Below, piece by piece: positions 30,489-41,128 of a stretch of 64,000 nt of DNA (its first letter is position 1; the number at the start of each line of letters is the position of its first letter). The stretch lies in the NCBI GenBank assembly GCA_965279035.1, contig OZ257142.1, positions 1,600,001 to 1,664,000 of the forward strand, in the 5' to 3' direction. The position numbers and the translations under genes are program-made. The notes under the pieces are model-generated. The model saw nothing but the letters and a program-made list of their open reading frames with translations, was not told the origin of the DNA and did no database searches. Source of the stretch: Bacteroidia bacterium. GTDB taxonomy: Bacteria; Bacteroidota; Bacteroidia; M30B66.

Positions 30489-30618
30489 AAGCGATATTGT
30501 GTGTTTAAAGATGCATATTAATTTGTTTGAATTACGATCTTCATAAAAATCATTTAAACAGAACCTCAAACGATAGCTTGGGAGATTTATTTCTTATTTT
30601 TAGCCAAATTCTAAATGA

Positions 30619-30969
30619 ATGCGCCTAAGATTTCTTTTTGTATTCAGTTGTTTTAGTGTGATTGGGTTTTCACAATCAAACGAAAAAATAATTCGTGTTG
30701 CTGATACTATCACATTTAAAACTAATCAAGCTGAATTCAAGCAGATGCAAAATAAATTCGCTACACATAATGCTATTTTAAGTTGGAATAAAAAATCGTA
30801 TTTATTTGGACTTTTTAAAAGAACTAAAATTCAACTTGAAAGTTCTGCTGGGAAATCCACCATGAAAACTTCTGGAAAAGAAGATCCCAGTGTTGGTTTT
30901 TTGGTTTTTATTGATAATCGCCCTGCTGCTTATCAACGTTTAGGTATTAGCCGAATTAAATTGCAATAA
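30619..30969 (+). CDS. Hypothetical exported protein
   Basis: Signal-peptide-like N-terminus; co-oriented with downstream genes. Confidence 0.55.
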   Translation: MRLRFLFVFSCFSVIGFSQSNEKIIRVADTITFKTNQAEFKQMQNKFATHNAILSWNKKSYLFGLFKRTKIQLESSAGKSTMKTSGKEDPSVGFLVFIDNRPAAYQRLGISRIKLQ

Positions 30970-30975
30970 AATAAA

Positions 30976-31512
30976 ATGTCAGAAAACGTGCTCGAAATTC
31001 AAGTTAGTAAAGGAAAAATACTACGGATGATTCTCTTTAGTATTTGCTTTATCGGCATTGGAATTTGGATGATTGCCTATAATCCACAAACAGGCAATCC
31101 CATCATTAATTCGACTGCAGTAAAATTTACTTCAGCATTTTTAAGCGTTTCACTTGGGATACTCGGATTTGTTTTTTTTATGAGGAAGTGGATGGATAAA
31201 CGACCTGTTCTCATTTTCGACAAACAGGGTATTACCGATAATTCAAGCGCCATTGCAGCCGGATTTATTCCTTGGAGTGATATTAATCATGTTAGTGAAA
31301 AGAAAGTTTCGGGACAGTATTTTGTTCTTATCGAAGTTTCCAATCCAGAAACCTATATCGATCGTCAATCAAGTACTTGGAAGAAGAAAGCGATGAGTAC
31401 TAATTGGAAACGATATGGTTCTCCTATCTTTTTTTCTCCCAATATCATGGACATTTCTTTTTCTGATTTAGTGAAAGAAATTAAACTCAGATTGGAAAAT
31501 AATCAACACTAA
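30976..31512 (+). CDS. STM3941-like membrane protein
   Basis: Two TM helices then GITDNSS..GFIPWSDI..NP..YGSP pattern. Confidence 0.7.
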   Translation: MSENVLEIQVSKGKILRMILFSICFIGIGIWMIAYNPQTGNPIINSTAVKFTSAFLSVSLGILGFVFFMRKWMDKRPVLIFDKQGITDNSSAIAAGFIPWSDINHVSEKKVSGQYFVLIEVSNPETYIDRQSSTWKKKAMSTNWKRYGSPIFFSPNIMDISFSDLVKEIKLRLENNQH

Positions 31513-31541
31513 ATTCACACTCTACCCTCTAAATAATTCAC

Positions 31542-32090
31542 ATGAAATTTTCGAACAAACCCCTTTTCATTCTTCTCGGAACGGCTTTACTAAGCGTTAA
31601 CCAGCTTTCTGCACAAACAAAATTCAATAAGTTAACTGTTGGTCACGTAATTGATTTTTCTATTCCCGAATACATGGCACGCACTACAGGATTAGCTGAT
31701 GCTGCAATTCTTCAATTCAAATCAGTACCTAAAGATGTGTATGCTTATATCATTGAAGATAGTAAAGCTGAATTAGCTATCGTAGAAATGACTTTTCCTA
31801 CTACGCATGATTTCTTCGATTTTATCATCAAAGATTTCTTGAAAGATGAAGAAAAACGGTCGATTGGTAAAGAAACCGAAGTCACAAAAGACGGAGTGAA
31901 ATATGTGCAATGCGATGCAACGTATTATGATAAACAAGCCGAAGGTGAAATTTATTATTGTGTAACGATTGCAGAAATTGATGGATATTTTTATCAGATA
32001 TACTCATACACAGCTGCTTCAAACACGGATGCAATTAAAGCAGATATGCGTAAAATGGCGATGACTTTGAAAGAAGTTAAATGTCCTTGA
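31542..32090 (+). CDS. Hypothetical exported protein
   Basis: Signal peptide, 182-aa ORF. Confidence 0.65.
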   Translation: MKFSNKPLFILLGTALLSVNQLSAQTKFNKLTVGHVIDFSIPEYMARTTGLADAAILQFKSVPKDVYAYIIEDSKAELAIVEMTFPTTHDFFDFIIKDFLKDEEKRSIGKETEVTKDGVKYVQCDATYYDKQAEGEIYYCVTIAEIDGYFYQIYSYTAASNTDAIKADMRKMAMTLKEVKCP

Positions 32091-32124
32091 TCGTTGAACC
32101 TCTCTTAAAAACTCCAATGATCAT

Positions 32125-32559
32125 ATGTACAAATTTCTCCTCATTTCATGTGTATTCATTCCATTTTTTGGGTGTCAAAATGCTGCTAAAAAAGCATCTG
32201 AACCAGCCAATGGAAAATCGTGTTACCTCGCCAAAATGAATCGTGATTCGGTGCTTTTAGACTTGAACATGCAAGGCGATTCGGCTTCAGGAACACTCGA
32301 ATACCGCATGTTTGGAGAAGATCACAGCATTGGTAAATTCACTGGTTCGAAACATGGAGATACCTTGATGCTGATTTATACATTTCAATCGGAAGGAATA
32401 ACAAGTGAAACTGAGATCGCCTTTTTAAGAAAGGGTGATGATTATATTGAAGGTCATGCACCTATGAAACAAGATGGAAGCCGCTCTGTTTTTTCGGATA
32501 AGAAAATGCTTCAATTCGATAGCAATATCATTCTAAAAAATACACCTTGTAAAAATTGA
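32125..32559 (+). CDS. Hypothetical lipoprotein
   Basis: Lipobox FFGC; CY..DSV..GTLEY..G..GDTL..YTFQSEG pattern. Confidence 0.7.
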   Translation: MYKFLLISCVFIPFFGCQNAAKKASEPANGKSCYLAKMNRDSVLLDLNMQGDSASGTLEYRMFGEDHSIGKFTGSKHGDTLMLIYTFQSEGITSETEIAFLRKGDDYIEGHAPMKQDGSRSVFSDKKMLQFDSNIILKNTPCKN

Positions 32560-32619
32560 ATTTATTCTGCTGAATGTTGATTCACGTTAGAATTAAAATG
32601 CTTTGTAATTTGAAATAGC

Positions 32620-35600
32620 ATGTTGAACAAACGATTTATTTTATTCATCCTACTTTTTGTTTCTGCGCTTAGTTCAACTGCTCAAACATTCGATCCTCAA
32701 ATCAATGCACACGATACCAGCATCCCCGAATGGGCAAAAAAAATGTATGCTGAAAATCCCAATGTGCTTGAGGTAGATCGTTTATTTCGATTGTATTATA
32801 AATCACATCCATTCAAGCAAAACAATTATACGCGCTATTACAAACGTTGGAGGCGTTACGTTACACCGTATTTGAATGATGATGGTACAATTAACTATCC
32901 CGACGCAACGCAACGACAAACTATGGCCGCTGAATCGCGCGCTTTACAAACAGAACGTAGCACCTCTTGGAGTTTCTTAGGTCCTATTGTTCATCGTAGA
33001 GGAAAATATGCTGTAACTGATCCCAATGTGCAAATGTCGTATCATGCCAATGTGTATTGTATCGACCGCTCTATAAGCAATCCACAGGTTTTGTATTGCG
33101 GAACCGAATGTGGTGGTGTGTATAAATCAACCAATCAGGGAATCAATTGGGAATACGTTACGGAGAATAATATCATCGAAGATGTTTCAGCTATTTCGGT
33201 AGATCCAACTAACGAAAACACGGTTATTTTTTCTGCAGCAAATGAATTCTGGCGTTCGACCGATGGTGGTGCAACTTGGAATATTGTTGGAAATACTGCT
33301 TTTCAAGCATTAAATATCAAAGCCTATCAATTCAATTTTCATCCAACAAATTCGCAAATCGTTTTTGCTGCAACCACTTTGGGTCTCTACAAAAGCAGCG
33401 ACAATGGAGTTAACTGGACGCAAGTATTTAGCGGAGAATCCATGTCGGTAGAATTTAAACCTGGAAATCCGCAAGTAGTGTATGCACTTCAATTCAACGT
33501 CAATACTGGTGTTGCAGATTTTTATAAATCGACTGATGGAGGAACTGTATTTACACCCAAACCCAATGGTTGGTTTTCTGTGCCAACGGCTGATGCAGGA
33601 TTAATTGAAAATAGAGGAGGACGAATCGCTGTAACGCAAGCAAATCCAAATCGTGTGTATGTATTATTAGTTGGAGAAAGCGATGCAGCTGCAGCACTTC
33701 AACTGCGAGGAACAATTGGAATTTATTCAAGTGCTGATGCAGGAGAAAATTGGACTTTCCCACACGGTATTCAAGGAATGCCTTACGATGTTGCAACACA
33801 TCCTAACCTCATGGATTTTGATGGTCATAGCAGCGATTATGATCAGATTTATTACAATACCGCTTTAGCTTGTTCGCAATTAGATGAAACGAAATTGTTG
33901 ATTGGTGGATTGAATTTATGGCGCAGCAACGATGGTGGCGCAAGCTATGAAACCGTTGGTGGCTACATTGGAAACTTGCCCAATATGCACGTCGATTTGC
34001 AAGAATTTAAAGTATATAAAACATCTGCTACAAGCGAAGAATTTTGGTTTAGTAGTGATGGAGGAATTAATTATTCTACCGATTGGTGCACTACACACGA
34101 ATCGCGTACACGTGGAATTTATGGCTCCAATTTTTGGGGAATGGATCAAGGTTGGAACGAAGATATTATTGTGGGAGGACGCTACCATAACGGAAATGCA
34201 GCCTATGCACCAACCTTCGACACCGGATTATTTTTACGTTTAGGCGGTGGAGAAAGTGCAACCGGATATGTGAATTATAGCCCAGAACGGAAAACCTATT
34301 TTTCAGATATCGGTGGACGAAAAATTCCTCTCTTTCAAGATGAAGTGATTGGAACATTTAGCACGAATTTATATCCGAATGAAAGCTATTACGACAATGC
34401 GAGTTCACGCATGTTGTTCGATTGGAATTACTGGAATATTTCCTACATGGGACGTGACAATGTTTTATACAAAAGCACTGATGGTGGTTCTTCGTATGGT
34501 CCATTATATACCTTCGGCTCAGAACCAACCGATCAAGTATATTGGATTGAACAAAGTCATGCCGATCCGCTTGTATTTTATGTGCAACAGGTGGTTTCGA
34601 ATATTTCTAAATTGTGGAAAACAAACGATGGTGGAATAACATTTACAGCCATCACCTTACCACAAAATAGACGAGAACTTTATTTTACCTTGAGTCATAC
34701 CAATGCCTCTGAATTGTGGATTACATATACTTCCGGAACCAATGGAAATAAGGTATACACTTCCCAAAATGCTGGACAAACTTGGACAAACTTAACAAGC
34801 TCAACACTCAATGGAATATCGATTAAATCCATAGCACATCAAGCTGGGACGAATGGAGGAGTTTACATTGCGACTCGGAATAATCTTGTATTTTATCGAT
34901 CTAATACAATCAGCAATTGGCAAGTTGTAGGAACGGGTTTGCCAGCATCGATGTATCCATTGCGTTTGATGCCTTTCTATAAGAAGAATAAATTGCGTCT
35001 TGGTACTTGGCAGCTTGGAATTTGGGAAACCGATTTTGTCGAGACTTCATCTGTGATCCCTGATTTTTCTGCCGATTATCATTCGTTCAGTTGTCCGGGT
35101 GATACCTTGTGGTTTGTGAATCATTCTGTTTGCGATAGTTCGGCAAGCTTGCTTTGGTCATTTCCGGGAGCAAGTCCGTCGAGCTCAACACTCATTGCTC
35201 CCAAAGTAGTATATGGAGCTGCAGGAACATACCCAGTTACGCTCACTGTAACACAAAATGGTCAATCATTCAGTATTACCAAAAATACATTTATCACCTC
35301 TCAAACGGCTGGTTCTATTCCATTAGCCGAAGATTTTGAAAGTGGAACTTTGCCTCCCAATTGGAAATATACCGATGATGGAAATAATGGGGATAATTGG
35401 ATTGTAACAGATATAGCAAGTAGTTTCGGACAAGGTACATACAGCATGTTTTTCGATAATTATTATATCGATGTTGCTGGAAAACGAGATCGATTTAATA
35501 CCGAAAAACTCAACTTTAGTTCGGCCGCTGCGGTGCGATTATCTTTTGATGTGGCTTATTCTCAATACGATAATTCCTATTCGGATTCACTCGCCGTATT

Positions 35601-36102
35601 ATTTTCGACCGATTGTGGAATCACGTTTAATCAAGCATATTTAAAAGGAGGCGATCAATTGGCTACGGCTCCTGATTTAACGTCATCTCGTTTTGCACCA
35701 ACAGCAAGCCAATGGAGAAGAGATACAGTTTTAATTTGGGATGCAGCCGGAGCTAATGAAGTGATTATCGCATTCGAAAATCGTGGTCATTATGGACAAC
35801 CTATTTTCGTTGATAAAATAAATCTGAACACTCTAACAAGCGTTGAAATTCCAACGGTGAAAGGTGCTCAGATTAGCGTATTTCCAAATCCTGCAACAAA
35901 CAGTTTAAACATTCGCATCAAAGGAACTTTTCAAACCAATGCGAAATCCGAAATCCTTGATATGACAGGAAAAAGCTGTTTGAATTTTACCCTGAATTCT
36001 GATCAACAAGAAATACCCATTAATCAATTAAGTGCAGGTATTTATTTCCTTCGGATATATGGTGAAAAAGGATGGATTCAACAGCGCTTTGTGAAGCAAT
36101 AA
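32620..36102 (+). CDS. BNR/Asp-box (VPS10-like) beta-propeller protein with PKD domain and T9SS type A sorting domain
   Basis: Repeated S-x-D-G-G-x-T/S-W/F boxes, WSFPGASP..GTYPVTLTV PKD, CTD VFPNPA..AGIYFL..RFVKQ. Confidence 0.88.
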   Translation: MLNKRFILFILLFVSALSSTAQTFDPQINAHDTSIPEWAKKMYAENPNVLEVDRLFRLYYKSHPFKQNNYTRYYKRWRRYVTPYLNDDGTINYPDATQRQTMAAESRALQTERSTSWSFLGPIVHRRGKYAVTDPNVQMSYHANVYCIDRSISNPQVLYCGTECGGVYKSTNQGINWEYVTENNIIEDVSAISVDPTNENTVIFSAANEFWRSTDGGATWNIVGNTAFQALNIKAYQFNFHPTNSQIVFAATTLGLYKSSDNGVNWTQVFSGESMSVEFKPGNPQVVYALQFNVNTGVADFYKSTDGGTVFTPKPNGWFSVPTADAGLIENRGGRIAVTQANPNRVYVLLVGESDAAAALQLRGTIGIYSSADAGENWTFPHGIQGMPYDVATHPNLMDFDGHSSDYDQIYYNTALACSQLDETKLLIGGLNLWRSNDGGASYETVGGYIGNLPNMHVDLQEFKVYKTSATSEEFWFSSDGGINYSTDWCTTHESRTRGIYGSNFWGMDQGWNEDIIVGGRYHNGNAAYAPTFDTGLFLRLGGGESATGYVNYSPERKTYFSDIGGRKIPLFQDEVIGTFSTNLYPNESYYDNASSRMLFDWNYWNISYMGRDNVLYKSTDGGSSYGPLYTFGSEPTDQVYWIEQSHADPLVFYVQQVVSNISKLWKTNDGGITFTAITLPQNRRELYFTLSHTNASELWITYTSGTNGNKVYTSQNAGQTWTNLTSSTLNGISIKSIAHQAGTNGGVYIATRNNLVFYRSNTISNWQVVGTGLPASMYPLRLMPFYKKNKLRLGTWQLGIWETDFVETSSVIPDFSADYHSFSCPGDTLWFVNHSVCDSSASLLWSFPGASPSSSTLIAPKVVYGAAGTYPVTLTVTQNGQSFSITKNTFITSQTAGSIPLAEDFESGTLPPNWKYTDDGNNGDNWIVTDIASSFGQGTYSMFFDNYYIDVAGKRDRFNTEKLNFSSAAAVRLSFDVAYSQYDNSYSDSLAVLFSTDCGITFNQAYLKGGDQLATAPDLTSSRFAPTASQWRRDTVLIWDAAGANEVIIAFENRGHYGQPIFVDKINLNTLTSVEIPTVKGAQISVFPNPATNSLNIRIKGTFQTNAKSEILDMTGKSCLNFTLNSDQQEIPINQLSAGIYFLRIYGEKGWIQQRFVKQ

Positions 36103-36849
36103 TTAATTCACATGATTTAATTTTCCAGAACCTGAAATTGAAGAATTCACACTCGGTTGTCCTTTGTATTTCACGTCTCCGCTTCCGCTGATGGTCACAT
36201 CCAATTGATTGCTCACCGAAAGTTCTGCATCGCCCGAACCGCTGATATTGATGTTTGCTTGTTGTGCAGCTAATCCAAATGCGAATACACCACCAGAACC
36301 CGAAATGGTGAATTTTTCATAGGGTGTTGTTCCTGCTAAATAAAGTTCTCCCGAACCGCTAATATTGCCTTCAATAGCATTTTGTACATTGAGAGTCGCA
36401 CTGATATTTGCTGAGCCGGAAATGTCGAAATTAATGTTAGACACGTTCAATGTATTTGTTGCTTCTACACTTCCAGATCCACTAATGGCAATTGATTTTA
36501 CATCAGGCATTGTAATGTATACCTGCAATTCATCGTAGTTTAAACTACCGCAATGATTGTTAAAACCAATAGATAACACATTGTTTTTAGATTCAACATC
36601 TAAGATGTCTAATATATTTTGCTGTCCTTTAATCTCCACAGAATACGAGGTTCCTTGAGTTAAAAAGACATGTGCGCTAACGGAAGTATGAATGGAATTA
36701 AATGTAGAAAGTGAATACGATTTGTTCACAAGCGGACCTTTACCATTCACTGTAAAACATTCTTTGTTACAAGAAGAGCAAGCAGTAATAAAAGTTATTG
36801 CAAGAAAAAAACTTAGCAGCTTAGTAGAATGGATAAAGAGGGTTTTCAT
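36103..36849 (-). CDS. DUF2807 / GIN-domain lipoprotein (auto-transporter adhesin head-like)
   Basis: Repeated ISGSG motifs, YKGQP; probable start MKTLF at 36849. Confidence 0.85.
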   Translation of the reverse strand: MKTLFIHSTKLLSFFLAITFITACSSCNKECFTVNGKGPLVNKSYSLSTFNSIHTSVSAHVFLTQGTSYSVEIKGQQNILDILDVESKNNVLSIGFNNHCGSLNYDELQVYITMPDVKSIAISGSGSVEATNTLNVSNINFDISGSANISATLNVQNAIEGNISGSGELYLAGTTPYEKFTISGSGGVFAFGLAAQQANINISGSGDAELSVSNQLDVTISGSGDVKYKGQPSVNSSISGSGKLNHVN

Positions 36850-36962
36850 ACGATTGAGTTTTTGTGTTTTAATACAAAGACTCTCGTTCGAAGAAATACC
36901 CCTATCAATCCGAAAACTTAAATTGAAATAAAAAGCCAAAACAGCAAATTCAACGAATGAAA

Positions 36963-39335
36963 TCAGAATTTTTTCTTGATAAAAAAGAAGCTTCCATCCT
37001 CATCATCTAAGCCTTTGATTTTACCAAACTTAGGTGTTTGACGTTGATTTTGTTTTACAATTCCCATCACTTTCAAAGCAATGGTTTCTACCGAAATACA
37101 ATCATTTGGATTGTTATTAAGAGAATTTACAAATGCTGTAGTAAACAAACTAATATCACTTGAAAGTTCTTTATTGGCCGAAGTAATTACTTGTGCTGAA
37201 CGGAATTTAGTTACTTCCCAATCACTACATAAACGTGGTTTCATATCATCACGCATAGCCATATAAAACGCAGGTCCTGATTCACATGCATCCGAAATAA
37301 CCAAAACGTGTTTAAGCATAGTATACGCCTGCATCGAAGCACGTAATTGATTAACACTATAGTAGGTGTATTCATCATAATTATCGCCATCAACCGGAAT
37401 CCAATAACCAGTTTCGTTCAGGAATTTTCCATGTCCTGCATACCAAATGATGAGCGATTTTACTCTGTTTTTTTGAATCTGATCGCGAAGTTCTATGGAG
37501 AAGAATTTATCAAGCTCTGCTTTAGATAAATCTTTTTTATGAACGATTTTATCGATTTTATAATTCGATAATGCCGACTTCATATCGTTAACATCTCTTC
37601 CAGGTCCTTCGAGTTTTTGGAGATTTTTATAATTGCTGTTTTCAATAAATACAACCCAAGTTGTTCCCATTGGGTTTGCATTACTTGTGTCATCACGAAT
37701 CAGTTTGTAATTCGAAACCAGTTCATTTCCATACACATCCACTACTTGAATGCTTAAACTGTCTTTGGTTCCAATATTAACCAATGCTTGAAAAGTAGGA
37801 TTTTTCATTTCCAATGGAAAGCTGGCAGAAGTTCCATTAATGATGATGGATTTTATTAAGCTTTCATCACTCACCTTTCCCTCCAACATGATGCTCGGCT
37901 GGTTTTCTATGAATAACTCACGTTCTAAGGTTTGATAAGGTTTCGTGAATGAAACATTAGGAATTCCTACTTCGGTGCGAACGATAGAAAATTCTGCATT
38001 ACTCGAATTCAAATAGCAATCAGTAACTTGAATCTTGATGATGTTTTTATCTTTTAAATCGATCGTTGAAGTGAATTCAGGATTCATTGCTTCTTCGGCA
38101 AGACTCAAACTTTGACCATCTATAATGATTGATCGGATATAGCTCGCGTCGGTAACCATGCCTTTGATAGTTATAGATTTAGCATCTGCACGAACGGTAA
38201 TTTCTTTTGATGCGCCTTTGGGTTCTAAAATCGTAATAACAGGAGCTACACTTTCTTTATTTGCATCGAAATGTTTTTGTTTGGCTTCAGATAATGATTT
38301 ACCCAGTTCTTTATTGGTTGGATTTAGCTGAATTGCTTGTTTAAAATCACGAATAGCATCTGCATACGAACCACTACGAAGATTACTTTCGGCTCTCGAT
38401 GCAAATGCAGATGCGTTTTTAGCATCTAATAGAATTGCTTGATTGAAATCGTTTATCGACGCTGCAAACTGCCCTAATTGTTGATTCACCAAACCACGTT
38501 GATAAAAGGCTTCAGAGCTTTTTGCATTAATAGCAATGGCCTGATTAAAGTCCATTGTTGCATTTTGAAATTCTTTTTTACGTGTATAAACAATACCTCG
38601 CTTGATTAATACTTGCTCATCATTCGCATTTAACTTGATTGCATTGCTGAAATTAGTAATCGCTTGATCATCTTTCGATAATTTGAATTGAACATCAGCT
38701 ATCGCAGAATAATACGGATGAAGAACTTGTGGATTATCTCTTTTGCCTTTCGTATCTAATGCAATTTCTAAGGCTTTGGTGAAATAGGTTTCAGCTAATC
38801 CTGTATTGCCAACCCGATCAACAGCTTGTCCCATTAAATAATACGAATAATCATCTTCCTTATTTACTGATAAGGCAGCAGTTCCTGTTTGAATTACCCC
38901 TTCATAATTCTTCGATTTAAGCTGAGTCTCTTCTTTTAGGTGATAAAAGCGAGAAGTTTTTGGACTCAAACCAATAATTCTATCTAAGGTATTTATAGCA
39001 TCTATGTTTTCATTGGTTTTCAGTTGACTTAATGCCAATTCCTCCAATATCGCTGCATTTTTGGGATTTTTATTGGAGGCTGCAGTTAAATCTCTAACAG
39101 CCGCCTGGAAGTTTTCTTGCTTATAAAAAACACTACCACGCAAGAAAAAAGCATCTCCGTTTTCAGGCTCAAGCTGTAAAGCCTGATTCAATTTATCAAT
39201 GGCTCCAGTATAATCCTTGGCTTCAGATAATGAACGAGCTTCTTTAATTAATTTCTTGACCGATTGTGCCTGTGTGTTTTGGGGAGCAGCCAAAAGAAAA
39301 AGCACACAAATTAGGGGTATGTATAATGAACGCAT
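36963..39335 (-). CDS. Exported TPR-repeat protein with C-terminal caspase-like (peptidase C14) domain
   Basis: Signal peptide, many TPRs, two Ig-like repeats, WYAGHG and ISDACES His/Cys dyad. Confidence 0.87.
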   Translation of the reverse strand: MRSLYIPLICVLFLLAAPQNTQAQSVKKLIKEARSLSEAKDYTGAIDKLNQALQLEPENGDAFFLRGSVFYKQENFQAAVRDLTAASNKNPKNAAILEELALSQLKTNENIDAINTLDRIIGLSPKTSRFYHLKEETQLKSKNYEGVIQTGTAALSVNKEDDYSYYLMGQAVDRVGNTGLAETYFTKALEIALDTKGKRDNPQVLHPYYSAIADVQFKLSKDDQAITNFSNAIKLNANDEQVLIKRGIVYTRKKEFQNATMDFNQAIAINAKSSEAFYQRGLVNQQLGQFAASINDFNQAILLDAKNASAFASRAESNLRSGSYADAIRDFKQAIQLNPTNKELGKSLSEAKQKHFDANKESVAPVITILEPKGASKEITVRADAKSITIKGMVTDASYIRSIIIDGQSLSLAEEAMNPEFTSTIDLKDKNIIKIQVTDCYLNSSNAEFSIVRTEVGIPNVSFTKPYQTLERELFIENQPSIMLEGKVSDESLIKSIIINGTSASFPLEMKNPTFQALVNIGTKDSLSIQVVDVYGNELVSNYKLIRDDTSNANPMGTTWVVFIENSNYKNLQKLEGPGRDVNDMKSALSNYKIDKIVHKKDLSKAELDKFFSIELRDQIQKNRVKSLIIWYAGHGKFLNETGYWIPVDGDNYDEYTYYSVNQLRASMQAYTMLKHVLVISDACESGPAFYMAMRDDMKPRLCSDWEVTKFRSAQVITSANKELSSDISLFTTAFVNSLNNNPNDCISVETIALKVMGIVKQNQRQTPKFGKIKGLDDEDGSFFFIKKKF

Positions 39336-39363
39336 AGGACTTAGTATTAGGTTGTAGCAATTT

Positions 39364-39371
39364 CAAATGTA
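39364..39371 (-). promoter_or_regulatory. Bacteroidota -7 promoter box
   Basis: TACATTTG on the minus strand, 28 bp before the TPR-caspase ATG. Confidence 0.55.
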
Positions 39372-39431
39372 AGAAAATTTACATTTTTTAATCTGTTTTT
39401 TATTTTATTAGAAAGTCAGTTACGATAAGGC

Positions 39432-40265
39432 TTACACGATTTTGAAAACAAGACATCTCCAGGTATCTTCGGCTTTTTCTTCTTTAAAAACTAGTCCTTT
39501 AGAGGTACACTCAGCCTTTAATGCAGGAACATCTGGTTCAAGAAAACCACTTAAAAGTAGAAATGCACCCGGATTCATCGTTTTTATATAAGATTCCATA
39601 TCACGCATCAAAATATTCCGATTGATGTTGGCTAGGAAAATATCGTAAGTTTTTTCTGTCGGAAGTTTTTCGGCTCCACCTAATTCGATGTGCATTTCAA
39701 CACCATTTCGACCTGCATTTTCGATGGAGTTTTCTACTGCCCATTCTTCAATGTCGATTCCTTCTACTTGGACAGCACCCAATTTAGCAGCAAGAATTCC
39801 TAAAACGCCCGTTCCACAGCCCATATCCATCACCCGTTTGCCTTTCACTTCTAATTCCATCAAACCCAAACACATTAAGCGTGTGGTGGCGTGATGTCCG
39901 GTTCCAAACGACATTTTAGGTTCAATGACCAGTTCGATGCTACCATCGTTGGTGGCAGGATGAAACGGAGCACGAATCACACAGCGTTCATTCACCCGAA
40001 TGGGATCAAATTGCGCTTCCCAGACAGCATTCCAATTTTGTGGCTCAATTCGGTTGAAGGAATAGGCTGGTTTTGCAGGGAAACTAGCAATCAATTCCAG
40101 AAAATCATCGTTCTTGAAATCGGGTTCTTGCACATAGCCTAAGAAGCCGGTTTCATCATCCATAAAACTTTCAAAACCAATATCTGCTAATCCAGAGATT
40201 AGGATGTCTTTCAACTGACGGTCTTTGCCCGTTTGAAATTGAAATTCGAGGTATACGGCGCTCAA
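39432..40265 (-). CDS. prmA: 50S ribosomal protein L11 methyltransferase
   Basis: IEPKMSFGTGHHATT, DMGCGTG, LANINRN, LLLSGF. Confidence 0.93.
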   Translation of the reverse strand: MSAVYLEFQFQTGKDRQLKDILISGLADIGFESFMDDETGFLGYVQEPDFKNDDFLELIASFPAKPAYSFNRIEPQNWNAVWEAQFDPIRVNERCVIRAPFHPATNDGSIELVIEPKMSFGTGHHATTRLMCLGLMELEVKGKRVMDMGCGTGVLGILAAKLGAVQVEGIDIEEWAVENSIENAGRNGVEMHIELGGAEKLPTEKTYDIFLANINRNILMRDMESYIKTMNPGAFLLLSGFLEPDVPALKAECTSKGLVFKEEKAEDTWRCLVFKIV

Positions 40266-41014
40266 AACGATCGGGCTATAGTTAGAAAATCGGCTGCTTT
40301 TAGGGATGCTCCACCAATCAAACCGCCATCAATATCGGCTTGTGAGAAAAGACTCGCTGCATTTTGGGCATTGCAACTTCCGCCATATAAAATGGACATG
40401 TTTTGGGCTACCTGATCGGAGAAAATTTCGCTCAAATAATTGCGTAAAAACGCATGAACTTCTTGGGCTTGTTCGGGACTAGCTGTTACGCCTGTTCCTA
40501 TTGCCCATACTGGTTCGTATGCGATAATGACGTGTTTGAGTTGCTCTTCATTTAGGCCATTTAATCCACCCGAAAGGTGATTTCTCAGCACTTCTTCGAG
40601 CTTTCCAGCCTCGCGTTCGGCTAAAGTTTCTCCACAGCAAAAAATGACGTGTAATCCATTTTCGAGGGCAGCTTTTACTTTTTTCCCAATGAGTTCATCG
40701 GTTTCGTGGTAAAGTGCGCGACGTTCACTGTGACCTAAAATCACATAATCGGCACCTGCTGATACTAGCATGTTAGCTGATACTTCTCCTGTAAATGCAC
40801 CTTTCGCTTGCTCTGAACAATTTTGCGCACCTACCGAAATTCCTGAATCAGCCAGTGTAGCACGAACCGGGACAATCCAAGTAAAAGGTGGACACACGAT
40901 TAATTGAGCATTCTCCGAATCGTTGAGTTGATCTCGTATTTCACGCGCCAAACCTAGCGCTTCGGTGAGCGAGGTATTCATTTTCCAGTTTCCGGCGACT
41001 ATCTTTTTACGCAT
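40262..41014 (-). CDS. tpiA: Triosephosphate isomerase
   Basis: AGNWKMN, GHSERR, AYEPVWAIGTG, YGGS, DGGLIGGASL; ATG at 41014. Confidence 0.97.
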   Translation of the reverse strand: MRKKIVAGNWKMNTSLTEALGLAREIRDQLNDSENAQLIVCPPFTWIVPVRATLADSGISVGAQNCSEQAKGAFTGEVSANMLVSAGADYVILGHSERRALYHETDELIGKKVKAALENGLHVIFCCGETLAEREAGKLEEVLRNHLSGGLNGLNEEQLKHVIIAYEPVWAIGTGVTASPEQAQEVHAFLRNYLSEIFSDQVAQNMSILYGGSCNAQNAASLFSQADIDGGLIGGASLKAADFLTIARSF

Positions 41015-41029
41015 AGGTGGGTGTTTGGG

Positions 41030-41037
41030 CAAATATA
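41030..41037 (-). promoter_or_regulatory. Bacteroidota -7 promoter box for tpiA
   Basis: TATATTTG on the minus strand, 15 bp before the ATG. Confidence 0.6.
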
Positions 41038-41128
41038 GAGATAGTAAACAGAGTGCAATCGGGTGAATAAACGGAATCTATACACGTGTTTTGAGCAGAA
41101 ATGAACCATGAAGCCTTATTTTTACCTC

